Source: an uncultured Verrucomicrobiae bacterium (lineage in GTDB: Bacteria > Verrucomicrobiota > Verrucomicrobiia > Chthoniobacterales > Xiphinematobacteraceae). Taken from it: DNA of 64,000 nucleotides. The position numbers were made by a program, and so were the translations under genes. Shown here piece by piece: positions 1 through 9,625 of the stretch (the first letter of the stretch is position 1; every line of letters starts with the position of its first letter). The DNA lies in contig CAVPNI010000002.1 in assembly GCA_963706715.1 (NCBI GenBank), positions 256,001-320,000 on the forward strand, written 5' to 3'. The notes below the pieces were generated by a model, which saw only the letters and a list, made by a program, of their open reading frames with translations, was not told where the DNA came from and searched no databases.

Positions 1-257
1 TAGTCTCACGAATTGTGGAGTGGGCAGGTCGATCGAGTGACTGCGGGCAGTTCGCCGCGATCAACGCTCGACATCAATCCTGTCTAAAACGGGCATGTGC
101 GGCGCTGGAGCAAACGGAGCAGGAGCTAAAAATTGGAGCCGAACTTGCAGCCATCGACCTCCGTGTGGCTTTGGATGCGGTCGGAGAAATCATTGGTGTG
201 GTAGACAATGAGGAAATCTTGAGTTCCATTTTCGGTAGTTTTTGCATAGGCAAATAG
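1..257 (+). CDS. mnmE: tRNA modification GTPase MnmE, C-terminal part (truncated by window start)
   Basis: C-terminal signature NARHQ...ELAAIDLR..LGEI.G...EEIL..IF..FCIGK; frame open to the window edge. Confidence 0.93.
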   Translation, partial: VSRIVEWAGRSSDCGQFAAINARHQSCLKRACAALEQTEQELKIGAELAAIDLRVALDAVGEIIGVVDNEEILSSIFGSFCIGK

Positions 258-259
258 CC

Positions 260-1303
260 GTGGACTTATATAGCTTTTTGCTCCGGCAAGTATTTTTCCG
301 ATTGGATGCCGAGGCAGCTCATGATCTTGCTCTCACCTGTCTGTCTCACCACCGGTTTTGGAGTTCCCTCGGGAGTCGAGTCATTTTCGGACCTCCCCAA
401 CAATCTCACCCTTTCTCTCTTTTTAACCTGCGATTCCGGAATCCCGTCGGCCTTGCCGCAGGCATGGATAAGAACGGTATTGCTTTGGAAGCTTGGGAAA
501 AATTGGGGTTTGGATTCGCGGAAATTGGAACCGTTACAGCCTTGCCGCAGCCTGGCAATCCCAAGCCTCGACTCTTCCGCTTTCCCGAATTAGGTGCGCT
601 CATTAATCGCATGGGCTTTAATAATAACGGCGCACGACATCTTGCACTCCGACTGGAGGCTCTTCGAAATTGCGGAAAATGGCCCGGCATTCCCATTGGA
701 ATCAGCATCGGTAAATCGAAAACTATTCCTTCCGAATCCGCTCACACTGATTATTTGGAAAGTTTCCAGCTCCTTTATCGACACAGCGATTACATTGTTC
801 TCAATGTCAGCTCACCCAATACCCTCGGACTCCGAAACCTTCAAAATGTTGAATCCTTGGCCAAAATTCTCGAAACACTTCGCGATTGGGAGGGTAGCGC
901 ATCCAAACCGCTGCTACTAAAAATCGCTCCTGATTTGGCTCCGGAAGAGATCATAGCTATCGCTAACCTTTGCGAAAAGGAGCAACTTGCAGGCATCGTT
1001 GCAACCAACACCACATTGGATCACTCTGCTCTTAGTTCGAGCCATCACGATGAAATAGGCGGTTTAAGTGGGAAACCCTTGCGGGAAAAATCCACCGCGG
1101 TGATCCGCCAGTTACGACAGGTCACTCAACTTCCCATCATCGGGTCCGGTGGCATCTTCAACAGCGCCGATGCAAACGAAAAATTCCAAGCGGGAGCTCA
1201 CCTTGTTCAAATTTACACCGGTTTCATTTACCGAGGCCCAGCCCTCATCCGCGAAATTTGCGCTGGTTTGCCCTACTCATATAGTAATAATTCCTTTACG
1301 TAA
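260..1303 (+). CDS. pyrD: quinone-dependent dihydroorotate dehydrogenase (class 2)
   Basis: NPVGLAAGMDK, GNPKPRLFR, INRMGFNN, NVSSPNT, GGLSGKPL motifs; GTG at 260 follows the mnmE stop. Confidence 0.95.
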   Translation: MDLYSFLLRQVFFRLDAEAAHDLALTCLSHHRFWSSLGSRVIFGPPQQSHPFSLFNLRFRNPVGLAAGMDKNGIALEAWEKLGFGFAEIGTVTALPQPGNPKPRLFRFPELGALINRMGFNNNGARHLALRLEALRNCGKWPGIPIGISIGKSKTIPSESAHTDYLESFQLLYRHSDYIVLNVSSPNTLGLRNLQNVESLAKILETLRDWEGSASKPLLLKIAPDLAPEEIIAIANLCEKEQLAGIVATNTTLDHSALSSSHHDEIGGLSGKPLREKSTAVIRQLRQVTQLPIIGSGGIFNSADANEKFQAGAHLVQIYTGFIYRGPALIREICAGLPYSYSNNSFT

Positions 1304-1343
1304 TAAAATCAGCGCTTTTTCTAAAATCTAATAACCTCCCTTT

Positions 1344-2234
1344 ATGACTGACTGGAAATCCTTCCCGCTCACACTGGGTCACTCGCCTGACCCCGATGAT
1401 GCTTTTATGTTTTATGCCATGGCTGAAGAGAAAATCGATCTTCGAGGTTATCGATTTGAGCACATCCTTCAGGATATTCAAACGTTGAATGAACGCGCCG
1501 TTCGGGGAGAGCTTCATATTTCAGCCGTCTCTATTCACGCATGCGCTTTTATCTTGGATAAGTATGCCCTTCTCCCCAGTGGCGCAAGTATGGGAGACGG
1601 CTATGGCCCCATGTTCATCGCCCCCGAAGGCATGAATTTGCCCAGCCCTTCCGATTGGAAAATGTGCCGGGAGTGGCTCTTAAGTAAGCGTATCGCCATT
1701 CCGGGCCGGATGACTACAGCATACTTGGCCGCACGGATCTTTCTGGGCGACTTCGATCATATCGTCATTGCCTTCGACGAAATTTTCTCGGCCGTGCAAA
1801 GTGGAAAAGCAGACGCCGGTCTCATTATTCATGAGGGCCAATTGACTTATCAAAATGAAGGCTTTACAAAGGTACTCGATCTTGGCGAATGGTGGAAGGC
1901 TCGTACCCAGCTCCCTCTCCCTTTAGGCGGCAACGTCATTCGCAAAGATATCCCCGCACCTGTCCGTAAAGAGATCTCCGAAATCCTAACGGAAAGTATC
2001 CGCTATGGATTGACATACCGGCAACCGGCTGTAAATCACAGCATGGCCCACGCTCGTGGAATGGATGCTGCTCTCGCCGATAAATTTATCGGAATGTATG
2101 TCAATGAATACACGCTCGACTATGGCGACAAGGGACATCAGGCCATATGCAAGCTATTTTCCGACGCCCATGAGAATGGCCTCATTCCCAAAGTCTTCGC
2201 CAGTTTCTTTTATAGCATGACACCTATAAAATGA
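1344..2234 (+). CDS. mqnD: 1,4-dihydroxy-6-naphthoate synthase MqnD (futalosine menaquinone pathway); last codons and stop come from a MITE
   Basis: GHSPDPDDAFMFYA, DIQTLN, GASMGDGYGP, LIIHEGQLTY, LPLPLGGN. Confidence 0.9.
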   Translation: MTDWKSFPLTLGHSPDPDDAFMFYAMAEEKIDLRGYRFEHILQDIQTLNERAVRGELHISAVSIHACAFILDKYALLPSGASMGDGYGPMFIAPEGMNLPSPSDWKMCREWLLSKRIAIPGRMTTAYLAARIFLGDFDHIVIAFDEIFSAVQSGKADAGLIIHEGQLTYQNEGFTKVLDLGEWWKARTQLPLPLGGNVIRKDIPAPVRKEISEILTESIRYGLTYRQPAVNHSMAHARGMDAALADKFIGMYVNEYTLDYGDKGHQAICKLFSDAHENGLIPKVFASFFYSMTPIK

Positions 2235-2347
2235 CACATGAGTTGTCCGAGATTTTTTCTTCAGAGTTTGTTTTAACAAGCTGGCCATATCTGTAGATAC
2301 GGACGGATTGTTGAAACAAACTCTGGGGGAACACCGAGCCGTGGGAA
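2213..2347. mobile_element. half copy of IS630-type MITE (family A), broken by the group II intron
   Basis: TA + TAGCATGACACCTATAAAATGAC TIR; near-identical to the copy starting at 42585 and to the reverse complement of the right part of 46961..47431. Confidence 0.88.
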
Positions 2348-4420
2348 ATCGAGTAGGAACCCTCATCACTGAGGGCTCCTCTCACAGAACCGTACTTGTG
2401 CTGTTCACATACGGCTCTTCGGAAACACGGGTTATGACCCCCATGGTTGGTATTACAACCTCGACTATTCAGAATGCCCATACGTATTGCATTGGCTTCT
2501 GAGCGGCCATGCGCGCAGGATGTTCCCTATACCGTTGTAGCAATGACTTGAGCCCGCGTGCATCCCAAAGGGAATTCTTCAGTACTCTGTCAACTGCTGT
2601 TGTGTGACTCAGCGCCCACCAGGACTTTCGTCCCGAGTAAATGCTGCGCCACGCGGTTTTGGGATTGATCCCGAGCCCAATCAGTTTACGAACGATGGTT
2701 CGTTTGCATTTGTATTGCTTGAGTTCCATTGCTCGCAGTCGCCTGCGAATGTGGGCGTCAAGTCCTTGCAGCGTCTTCTCGACTTGTTCTGTACAGATGC
2801 CAAAGAAGCCTGTCCATCCGATCACGTAGGCATTGATTTTGTTGATGCACGATTTTAAGGTGCCTCCCCAATTTCTCGGTGTCAGTTCTCGGATTTTGTT
2901 GTTTATGCGTTCTTTTGTTCGCTTTGACAACCTCACTTCTACGTTGCCCTCTAAGGGTTCACGTCGCAGGCTACAGCCCAGGAAGTGACGCTCTTGTGGC
3001 TGTGCCACGGCACTTTTGCTGAGGTTCACTTTGAGACGCAAGCGCCTTTCTATGAAGTTGCTCACGCTAGCCATGACACGCTGCCCAGCTCGTTCGCTTC
3101 TGACGTAGATGTTACCGTCATCGGCATAACGTACGAAGCGGTGGCCTCTTGCTTGCAGCTCCCAATCGAGTTCATCAAGCACGATGTTGCTGAGCAATGG
3201 GCTGAGGGGACCACCTTGCGGAACCCCCTCGTCGTTGCTCACCACTACGCCATCTGGCATTACAATTCGCGCTTTGAGCATTTGTCCAATCAGGTGCAGT
3301 AGTCTTTTGTCTTTTACTCGCTGCGCGAGTTTGGACATCAGTCTTTGATGGTTTACTCGGTTGAAGAAGTTCTCCAGGTCGATGTCTACCACCCATTCGC
3401 GTCCCTCTTGTATATACTCTTGTGCTTGTCGTATTGCTGTGTGGCAGCTTCGTTGGGGTCGAAATCCGTGACTGTTAGGGTGGAAGGTCGGCTCGTATTC
3501 TGGTTCCAGAACCTGTCGTACTGCTTCTTGGACCACCCGGTCTATCACGTTGGGTATGCCTAGACCCCTTTGTCCTCCTCCTGTTTTAGGTATCCACACG
3601 CGCCGAATTTCTCCAGGTCGGTAGTTTCCTTCTATCAGGGCTTGGCTCAATTTCGGTATTAGCTCGTTGAGGTGCTTGCGCACTTGTTCTATGCTTTGCC
3701 GATCTGGTCCAGGCGCTCCTTTGTTGCTCGCTACTGTTTCAAACGCCCCCTTTAATCTTCGTTCTACTTCTTCCATGGTCGCTGTCGTTGCTTTCTCTGG
3801 CTTGAGTTTTGGCATTGGCGGCGCGCACGCTCGAGCCGAGCTTCGGTGCTCCGCCCTTGCGCCGTCGCTGGGAGTTTGCACCCCCTCTTCGGCTGTTCCA
3901 AATTTCAGTTCAAGTTGCATTGACATTCGTTCGACCGCAACCGCCTTCGCTCCCCCAGTTTGCTTTCGCCGCTGGGTTGGGACTAGCTTTCGCTAGCCTT
4001 CTTGCTACTATGCAGTTGTCTGACTTCTGTTGGGCCTTTGGCCTTTCGTTCTTTCGTCCTACGGGTTTGCGCCAGGCTTTGGCCTGGCGCGGCCCAACAG
4101 ATCTCTCTGGGTAAGAATTAACAAACTTCGTACTCTTGTCGTCGCCACTACACATGCAGTCCCCAACAGATTTTGGATTTCGCCACCGCCGGCTGGCTCG
4201 TCCACTGCATGCGCCTTACGGCGCTTCACTTTCGTTCGACTATCGTACGCACCTATAGCTTCTACCGTACATCCCCTCACGGGCCTTCCAGCGTTTGCTT
4301 CCCTCTGGTTGGGCTGTGGTTCTCCACTGCAATGCACTTGCCTCTTCGGTGTTAGGTTCCCTCTGTCAGGGCCCTAGGTTTGGATTTTCACCTCCTGTTT
4401 GTTATTCATGCCAGACACAC
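2348..4420 (-). mobile_element. group II intron, class IIC-like
   Basis: Minus strand starts GTGTGTCTGGCATG (GUGYG) at 4420; domain V GAGCCGTATGTGAACAGCACAAGTACGGTTC; domain VI ends ...CCTACTCGAT at 2348; RT ORF inside. Confidence 0.93.
2469..3926 (-). CDS. ltrA: group II intron reverse transcriptase/maturase (no endonuclease domain evident)
   Basis: NKGAPGPD, RRVWIPK..GG.R.LGIP, GVPQGGPLSPLLSNI, RYADD, X domain; start may be downstream of 3926. Confidence 0.95.
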   Translation of the reverse strand: MSMQLELKFGTAEEGVQTPSDGARAEHRSSARACAPPMPKLKPEKATTATMEEVERRLKGAFETVASNKGAPGPDRQSIEQVRKHLNELIPKLSQALIEGNYRPGEIRRVWIPKTGGGQRGLGIPNVIDRVVQEAVRQVLEPEYEPTFHPNSHGFRPQRSCHTAIRQAQEYIQEGREWVVDIDLENFFNRVNHQRLMSKLAQRVKDKRLLHLIGQMLKARIVMPDGVVVSNDEGVPQGGPLSPLLSNIVLDELDWELQARGHRFVRYADDGNIYVRSERAGQRVMASVSNFIERRLRLKVNLSKSAVAQPQERHFLGCSLRREPLEGNVEVRLSKRTKERINNKIRELTPRNWGGTLKSCINKINAYVIGWTGFFGICTEQVEKTLQGLDAHIRRRLRAMELKQYKCKRTIVRKLIGLGINPKTAWRSIYSGRKSWWALSHTTAVDRVLKNSLWDARGLKSLLQRYREHPARMAAQKPMQYVWAF

Positions 4421-4872
4421 CGATGAAAGCGGCTTTGCCGAGGATATGCCCAGAAGATATGGCTATGCTGATAAAGGAAAACGCTCTTTTGGAAAACATG
4501 ATTGGCATAAGCAGGCTAGAACTAATGTCATTGGGGCTTTGGTAGGAGCTTGTTTACTCACGACCGGCCTCTTTACGAGTTCCATAAATGGCGACATTTT
4601 CCATAACTGGGTGCAAGAAGACCTTTTGCCAAAACTACCGAAAAATTCGGTGATCGTTATGGATAATGCTACCTTTCATAAGAGAAGTGATACACAAGCT
4701 CTGATAAAAGAGGCTGGTTGTACGCTGGAATATCTCCCTACTTACTCTCCGGATCTTAATCCTATTGAACATAAATGGGCTCAAGCTATAGCTCGCCGTA
4801 GAAGTCTCCAATGTTCCATAATTTCCCTTTTTTTAGATAATTATTTGTAATCATTTTATACGGGCCTTGCTA
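4421..4872 (+). pseudogene. IS630-family element, 3' half (DDE domain plus right TIR)
   Basis: DESGF...VMDNATFH...LPTYSPDLNPIE to stop at 4850; TIR TCATTTTATACGGGCCTTGCTA then TA; N-terminus missing. Confidence 0.9.
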
Positions 4873-4875
4873 TAA

Positions 4876-6274
4876 CCCTACAGTTGTCGTTTAGAATGAA
4901 AAAATTTAGCGACAGCTTGGTGAGCTCTGCGCCAAAGGGACCAAGCGATGATAAAAGCAGGTTGGAGAGATCGGAAGATTAAACGTGTAACAAGGCGTCG
5001 AATTTCCTGGATAGACCAGCAAACCAGAGACTTGTTGAGGGAGGAAGCTGCGTTCTGCTTTTTTTGTGTAAGGTGGAGTTATTCACCCGATAACGGATGA
5101 TTGCCAGTAGAGAAAAAGCAAGCATCACCAGGGAAACATGGCGATGCCAGCCATGCCAGGAACGGGTTTCGTTGTGATCAAGACCAAACTCATTTTTAGC
5201 TGTTTCAAAACTTTCCTCGATCCTCCATCGTGCTCCTGCCACATTGACTAATGTTTGGAGAGAAGTTGTCTTTGGACACCAGGTAGTGTAATAGGAACAT
5301 TTTCCATCCTCGATGTTGCGCCGGATGAGAAGGCCGCTAGTCCAAATTCCAGTGTAGTTTTTGTTATATTGGGAGGCATCCACATTGTTCCATTTGAAGT
5401 AAGCCCAATCATAGAGCCTGGCACCCTTGGTTCCTTCGCCAGCTGATAAGCGTTTCCAGCGGCAGGCAGGTAATTTACTGGCTAGCTCCTCAGCTGTTGT
5501 AACTCGAACACTTTCCTTTTTATTATCCCACAAGTAGTATTGCCGCCTCGATGTAGTACCTAATACATAGCCCTTACATGTTTTACGTAATGTTTCGGTC
5601 ACTTCAGAAATTCCATAGACGCTATCTGCTGCAACCCAGGAAAAGGGAATTTTAGCTTCTATGGTTTCCTCTATCATTTTCCGAGCTATGGTAGGCTTTG
5701 TCGAAAATTTTTGCTCAACTGGGATATGCGCCGCTGCTCTGCGTGTTTGGTCTTCTATCCATTCTTTGGGTAAATAGAGTTTCCTATCAATAAAGGCGTA
5801 CCCTTTACTGGAAACATAGGCTGCAAAAACTCCAATCTGACAATTAGTGATTTTTCCTACTGTGCCGGTGTATTGGGGAGCCACTCCACAAGTAGCTTTT
5901 CCTTTTTTGAGAAATCCGGTTTCGTCAATCACTAGTATTCCTTCTTCCTCCCCAAAATGTTCTATTACATATTCCCTCACTGTCTCTTTGAGTCGGTCGG
6001 CTTCCCATCTCCTTCGGCCTAATATCGCTTGTTGCCGCCAGGGGCCTTTATCCCCAGCTGCCTCTGCTCTCATCCATCCGGTTTTCCGTGGTTCGTTTCC
6101 TAGAAGCCCTTCCAAAAATAATTCCGCATTTCTTGCCACTCTCTTCTGCATAAATAGCGGCTTGATTTTTTCCTGGATCTCCTTCATTCCCTCTTTCCAT
6201 ATCTCTATTGTTTCCTCTGCTGTTGCTGTCACCCTTAAATCTACACCTCTTCTTTCTAAATGACAACTGTAGGG
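4876..6274 (-). mobile_element. IS701-family insertion sequence
   Basis: TIRs CCCTACAGTTGTC(G/A)TTTAGAA at both ends; transposase inside. Confidence 0.9.
4878..6232 (-). CDS. IS701 transposase; ORF 6232..4979 with a -1 frame C-terminal extension to 4878 via an A7 tract
   Basis: IDETGFLKKG, GVAPQYTGT.GK..NCQ, RWRIEESFETAK.EFGLDHNETRSW; the -1 frame encodes WSIQEIRRL...WSLWRRAHQ..A...H.KRQL*. Confidence 0.88.
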
Positions 6275-6365
6275 CTATGCCGCTCTTCCAAAGAGCTAGC
6301 GTTTCCTCTATTGTTGCTGACATTTTTATTCATTCCATTGTTTCTAAAAAAACGCAACTGTAGTG
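6275..6365 (-). pseudogene. 5' remnant of a second, divergent IS701
   Basis: Encodes MSATIEETLALWK (cf. MTATAEETIEIWK of the adjacent copy); end CAACTGTAGTG followed by CTAG. Confidence 0.8.
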
Positions 6366-6400
6366 CTAGGCAATAAATAAGACTACAATAAATTAATAAC

Positions 6401-7250
6401 GTAACTATTCAGCCATCAGGTGAAGGATAAAGAAGGAAAGCATAAAAAGATCAGATCTTTTTGAGTAAAATTGTTTCAGGCAAAGCTGGAATTTTGGTAT
6501 AAAAAGAAACTGGAATGGAAAAGCTCCCGGATTTAAAGCGACTCAGCGACGAAGAAAAAGATGCACTAATTATACGGCTATGGGCAGTGGTGCAAGAGCA
6601 GGGACGGCAAATAGAGAGACTAGTTGCACGGGTGAAGGAACTGGAAGGCAAGCTTTCATTAAACAGTCGCAATTCCAGCAAACCACCCTCAAGTGACGGG
6701 TTGAATAAACCCAAACCCAAATCTTTGCGTCCAGTGGGACAGCGTCCTTGCGGAGGGCAAAAAGGACATCCTGGTATTACCTTGAGACAAGTGGAAGAAC
6801 CCGATGAAGTCATTGTTCATGAGGTGCCCAGGGTTTGTGAAGTATGCCAAAGGAAATTGAATCCCAAACTACGTGAGATTTCTCGCCAAGTTTTTGATTT
6901 GCCTGAGCCACGTTTGAAAGTCACCGAACATCGGGTAGAAGAAGCAGTGTGTTCTTGTGGAAAAGAGTACATGGCGGAGTTTACAAGCGATGTCACAAAC
7001 ACAGTGCAATATGGTGCAGTAGCTCAAGCCATGATGGTGTATCTGAGCCATCAACACATGGTGCCGGCCAAGCGCACAGCCCAGCTGATGGGAGAGATGT
7101 TGGGGCAACCTGTTTGCTCAGCTACTGTGCAGCAAGCTTGTGCCAAAGCGGCGCAGCGCTTGACTACTACCGTTAAAGCTATCGCTCAGGCTGTGCAAAA
7201 TTCTGCTGTAGTACATGCTGACGAGACCGGTTTGCGTGTGAACAAAAAAT
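6401..7250 (+). pseudogene. IS66-family (single-ORF type) element, 5' part; transposase from 6515 truncated by ISL3
   Basis: GTAACTATTCAG end; NSRNSSKPPSSD, GGQKGHPG, zinc-finger CxxC, RQVFDLP, HADETG immediately before the ISL3 end. Confidence 0.88.
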
Positions 7251-8738
7251 GGCTCTATAAAAGAATTCGTGGGTAAAAAATAGAGTTAGCAGGGGGGCTG
7301 GTGCCGCCCCCAGACCCCCGCACCGCTCGCCGCGGCAGGCGTTCAGGGGGAACAGGGGGGGAGCAGTGCTGAAAGGTAGCAAGAGGATCGGATCGGTTCC
7401 TTGGGTATTAGGGCGGAGCGTAAAAAAGAGGCTGGCGGCACCCAAAAGGGTACCTATAAACCAGCCTCTGTGGTAAATATAACGCTTAAAAATGTAATGA
7501 GGCGGGTACATCCGATCAAGGGATTTGTCTATGATGCGGTGGGATGGGACGATAAAGAAAAGGGAGTTATCTTAGCAGAAGTACGTGCCAGAGAAGGCAG
7601 CCAGGGAAGATGCTCAGGATGCAAACGTAAAGGATCTGGATATGATAGACTTGCAGAGCGGCGCTGGCGCTTTGTGCCACTTTGGGGTTTCGTGGTCTGG
7701 CTAGTCTACACACCGCGGCGAATTGACTGCCGACACTGTGGGAGTCCCACAGTAGAAGAACTTCCTTGGGCTAGCGGAAAAATACAGCACAGCGAAGCCT
7801 TCCCTCTCTTTCTGGCACAATGGGCACGCATGCTCTCCTGGGCCGAGGTAGCCAGAGTCTTCCGAGTGGGCTGGGCCGATGTATACGCTTCGGTAAAATG
7901 GGTGGTGGATTATGGCATTCAACATCGGGATTTAAGCGGCGTAAAGGCGCTTGGAGTTGATGAAATCCATGTCGGAAAAAAAGATAAGTTTTGGACACTG
8001 GTCTACCAGATCGATGATCACTGCAAACGACTTTTGTGGGTCGGGCGCGATCGTACTGAAAAAACTTTTGAGCTATTCTTCGAGGTTTTTGGCAAAGAGT
8101 TTTGTTCGGCCATCGGCTTTATTTGCTCCGACATGTGGAAACCGTATCTGAAGGTAGCAGCCCATTATTTGCCACAAGCCCTACATATCCTTGACCGCTT
8201 CCACATCGTTAAAAAACTCAACGAAGCTATCGATGAAATCCGCAGAGAGGAAACCCGCGCCCGTGCCCAGGCAGGTCTGGATCCCTTGCTTAAAAAGATG
8301 CGCTGGGCTTTCCTAAAAAAAAGATGCAATTGGACTAAGAGCCAACGTGCTGGCATGCGGGCAATTCGAGGCTCTGCTTTACGCACCCTGCGCGCCTTTC
8401 TCTTAGTGGAAACTTTCCAACACTTTTGGACCTATCGCTCTCCTACCTGGGCTGCTAAATTCCTGGATGCTTGGTGCACTAAAATTACTCGAAGTCACCT
8501 GGAGCCTCTTAAAAAAGTTGCCCGTACTCTCACCTCTCACCGCTCTCTTCTTTTAAATTACTTTCAGGCTAAAGGCCAATATTCCAGCGGTGTCGTTGAA
8601 GGGCTTAACGCCAAGGTGAAATTAACTCTAAAACGGAGTTATGGGTTTCGTACCGCTGATGCTCGTGAAGTTGCTCTTTACCATACCCTTGCTAATTTGC
8701 CTGAACCAATTTTTACCCACAGTTTTTTTTAGGCAGCC
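7251..8738 (+). mobile_element. ISL3-family IS, copy 1 (1488 bp)
   Basis: Ends GGCTCTATAAAAGAATTCGTGGGTAAAAA / TTTTTACCCACAGTTTTTTTTAGGCAGCC; near-identical to 25852..27339; no TSD. Confidence 0.93.
7401..8732 (+). CDS. ISL3 transposase (true start may be near 7470-7497)
   Basis: CxxC fingers, LGVDE, CSDMWKPY, DRFHIV, SSGVVEGLN.K.K...KRSYGFR. Confidence 0.92.
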   Translation: MGIRAERKKEAGGTQKGTYKPASVVNITLKNVMRRVHPIKGFVYDAVGWDDKEKGVILAEVRAREGSQGRCSGCKRKGSGYDRLAERRWRFVPLWGFVVWLVYTPRRIDCRHCGSPTVEELPWASGKIQHSEAFPLFLAQWARMLSWAEVARVFRVGWADVYASVKWVVDYGIQHRDLSGVKALGVDEIHVGKKDKFWTLVYQIDDHCKRLLWVGRDRTEKTFELFFEVFGKEFCSAIGFICSDMWKPYLKVAAHYLPQALHILDRFHIVKKLNEAIDEIRREETRARAQAGLDPLLKKMRWAFLKKRCNWTKSQRAGMRAIRGSALRTLRAFLLVETFQHFWTYRSPTWAAKFLDAWCTKITRSHLEPLKKVARTLTSHRSLLLNYFQAKGQYSSGVVEGLNAKVKLTLKRSYGFRTADAREVALYHTLANLPEPIFTHSFF

Positions 8739-9429
8739 AATAATTATAATTCGTCCGAATCTGAAAAAAAATGGAATTAAACACCTTATGCGCGACATTG
8801 GTTACGATGTGGTGGAAGACTTTCTTGAGTCTCGCCCCACCGATCCTCAAAAGGCCAACACAAGCGGTTATAAAAATCCAACGCAAGAAGCAGTGGAGCT
8901 TCTCAGGACAGGAGGATCTCAAAGAATTATCGACCACATTCGCACAAGATTTGAATTTTACAAACAGAAAATACAAGAGCAGTCGTCCTTAGGAGTACAG
9001 AATCTCGCTCGAGCTTTTTTAAATGAAATGAATGCTAATAAGCCGACTTGAAAAAGCTACGTTGAGCAGGATAAAACTGGAGTAGCCCTATGGATGGAAA
9101 GGGCACTCGATACCATCCAATTTCGAAAAACGAGCAGATGGTTTCCGCAAAGCACGCGATCGTTTCGTGACGGCTGGTGGTCGTCTTTCCGTGGAGCGCC
9201 GTGGACATATACCAGCGGCAAAGAAAGATGGAATCGTGAATGGTTTACGGAGGGATTTCCTGCGGAGGGGCGTCCACCTCGTATCAGCGCAGCAAAATCT
9301 GCAGTGAGAGCTGGATTACAGCAAGCTCTTAATGAAATATCCGAAAAATTGGACTCTACAATTAATGAGCTATACACCAATTTAAAAGCTATGCAAAAGT
9401 ATGAGTTACGCACTAGGGGAACTTTGTAA
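8739..9429 (+). pseudogene. 5'-truncated orphan gene with an in-frame TGA at 9049-9051
   Basis: ORFs 8641..9051 and 9094..9429 share a frame and are separated by a single TGA; the 5' end abuts ISL3. Confidence 0.55.
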
Positions 9430-9445
9430 GTAAATTAGACCTAAT

Positions 9446-9471
9446 TTATGGGAGCCTAATAGCTCCCATAA
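9446..9471. terminator. hairpin TTATGGGAGC-ctaata-GCTCCCATAA
   Basis: 10-bp perfect inverted repeat just after the stop at 9429. Confidence 0.45.
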
Positions 9472-9625
9472 TTCCATAAGTTAAGGCTATATCGTTTAGT
9501 CTCCTATACATAACAAGTGGGTCAGGAAAGTGGACCCGCGTCCAAACAATAGCATAGTTCGTAGTTGGTGGTTCGTTGGCGCCCATTTGCCCACAACCAA
9601 TCCCCCACTACAAAGGGGAGTATTC

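Noticed and set aside
2469..3926. RT as a retron, DGR or CRISPR-associated RT
   Set aside because: It is flanked by clear group II 5' GUGYG and domain V/VI termini; no TR/VR pair, msr-msd or cas genes are visible.
4380..4420. N-terminus of the 156-aa ORF as part of the IS630 transposase
   Set aside because: These codons are antisense intron sequence; IS630 DNA begins at 4421.
9049..9051. TGA recoded as Trp (alternative genetic code)
   Set aside because: TGA terminates well-conserved genes in this window (valS, folD, pgl, nrdR).
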